DNA of 64,000 nucleotides, taken from the NCBI GenBank assembly GCA_050575255.1, contig JBNZDD010013715.1, forward strand, positions 5,583,603 through 5,647,602, in the 5' to 3' direction. The stretch is from Harriotta raleighana. Taxonomy: Eukaryota. The notes below the pieces were generated by a model, which saw only the letters and a list, made by a program, of their open reading frames with translations, was not told the DNA's origin and did not search any database. This document shows positions 62,006-64,000 of this stretch, piece after piece. Numbering within the stretch: position 1 is the first letter of the stretch; each line of letters starts with the position of its first letter. The position numbers were made by a program, and so were the translations under genes.

Positions 62006-64000
62006 TTCGTTAACTTTTAGGAAACAACTGGTGCAGTATTAAACTTTTTCAGATATGCCGTCAGATGAGGTTCCTCAAATAGAGACCTTTGAATTAAAAA
62101 GAAACTTCTTTTAAATTAATTTTGCTGCAAGCAAGTCCCAGTATTTTATTAAATTGCATTTATAACAAATTTGAAAAGATCAATGATTACATAATGGATT
62201 TAAGCCTTTAAAAGGTCAAACAGTGTTTTGGGAATCAAAGTGAGAGTTTGTGGTTTATTGCTCCAGCTAAGACTCATGATTTGTTTTAGGTAATGGAGCA
62301 CAGTTAAAGAAAAATCTTGGACTTTAGAAGTGCCTTAATGCAATAAAACAAAGGGCTTCACAAATAATTACTGTCCAAAACTACATCTATTTTAACAGCA
62401 AGTCCCAAACTTGACAACTGATCTAGAATTGTGCTGCCCAGGATGCTAGGAGAATTATCTTTTTTGAAACATGTCTCCTCAGATCTTTAACATTCTTCTG
62501 AAGATGAGGAAGAAAGGAGCTCAGTTTAACATTTAACCCAAAGGATGGCACCTCCAACAATGTAGCCCTGCCGTGTTGAGTTAGGATTGCATATCCTTAA
62601 GGACTGTTAACAATTTAAAACTGATTTCTTTATAAATATCCAATATGTTACAATATTTTCTGAACCATTTTTGGGCAATACCATCAGTCAGAGATTGGGA
62701 AGTATGTCTCAACACATTTTTAACAATGTTCTCAGTTAAGGAACAGAATATGTTTAGGAAGACAATAATATCACTATGCAGTTGTGGGTAAATTGCAGGA
62801 TTTCTCCTCCGAGCAGGTTTTAGTGCAGCTTTTCCAAAGATGAAAAGGATTTAATTGCAACTTAAATGTGCTGAAGATTTTTTTAAAAATGAAAAAGAGT
62901 TACAAATTACAGTATATAGTTTTGTTAGCATTTTATACAGAATCATCTGACAGATGCCAAAACGTGTGCCAAAATCTAATCAGCGTAATTTAGAAAATGT
63001 CCAAAAATGAAGCAAATTGATGGAGTAGCTATCGAGATCAAGTATTTAATAACAGACAACATAATTCAAGGACATTCATTTAAAAAAATAGTTTTCAAAT
63101 GTTATTGGGTATTAGCTTTATTCATTAGCCTCGTCAGGGCCTGAGTTCCAATCCATCCAAGATTTTTAATACAAAATGTTTGTTCTGGAAATCCTGTTTG
63201 TTATCAACATTGTCTCTCATATTGTACTTAACATTGAATGGAATTTGTAACCTCTTTTTTAGCAAAAACAGAGAGCGATTCAGTTTGCATCTAAACATGC
63301 CCTGGGATGATCTGATCTGGCAGTAGATCATGTTGATACTAGGGTGGGGCTGAAATGGGAAAATAAGCAGTAGGTAAATGAACAGGAATCAATTTGGGGG
63401 GATTATTCAAGCCTCAGATACATCACTGACAAAGCCACATTCAGAATACAGCATTCTGCATTTTGTTTGCTCACTACCCTTTAGAAGTTCATTGAACATT
63501 TAAAGAGTTCAGAGACAATTTCTCCTGAGGTAAAATACTGAAAATGAAGATACAGCAGACTATACTATAGACNCATTGAACATTTAAAGAGTTCAGAGAC
63601 AATTTCTCCTGAGGTAAAATACTTAAAATGAAGATACAGCAACAATTGTCAGTCTATACTAGTGTCGCATGACACCTCTCAAGTACTTCACAATGGTGGA
63701 GCCCGAGGCCGAGCTAGGGGAGGATGACCATAAGCGCAGTGGAAGAGAAAGGAGGGGGTGAGCCAAAGGGGTCGAGGAACAGAGTTCCACTCCAAACTTG
63801 AAAGTTTCACCCTTATTCGCAGTTCACAGCCTGTCCTAAATGCACTATGGGCTTTGAGCCCTCCAAGCCCTAGATCACATGATTCATCTCTAATAACAAT
63901 CACCTGTTTTACATCTGAACTCAAACAACTGCCAGGAAACTGACCTCATGAAGCTGATTTTCTGGCATGATTTTACCAGCAAGTGGCCTGCCCAATTGGG

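Overview
Eukaryotic, AT-rich vertebrate DNA with no recognisable intact protein-coding gene, RNA gene or CRISPR array; it reads as a large intron or intergenic region. The repeat set (tRNA-headed Deu-domain SINEs, L2 and CR1 LINE remnants, shark-type Penelope-like tails) points to a cartilaginous fish, probably a chimaera; this is inference from recalled consensus sequences, not a database search. Nearly all ORFs in the track are either dead LINE reverse-transcriptase fragments or spurious frames across SINEs and low-complexity DNA. Main observations: (1) a modular SINE family in long and short forms that shares its 3' stem-loop with L2; (2) reciprocal CR1/L2/SINE nesting and an L2 copy with twin-priming-like geometry; (3) two Tigger/pogo-like non-autonomous DNA elements; (4) an unclassified dispersed repeat, plus hairpin and fold-back structures; (5) several splice-site-bounded candidate exons, the best at 57685-57884 on the minus strand; (6) eight single-N gaps, each flanked by a near-identical duplication that is probably an assembly or haplotype artefact. 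I do not find convincing evidence for a new multi-gene system. Repeat boundaries are approximate (about +/-20 nt) unless exact motifs are quoted.
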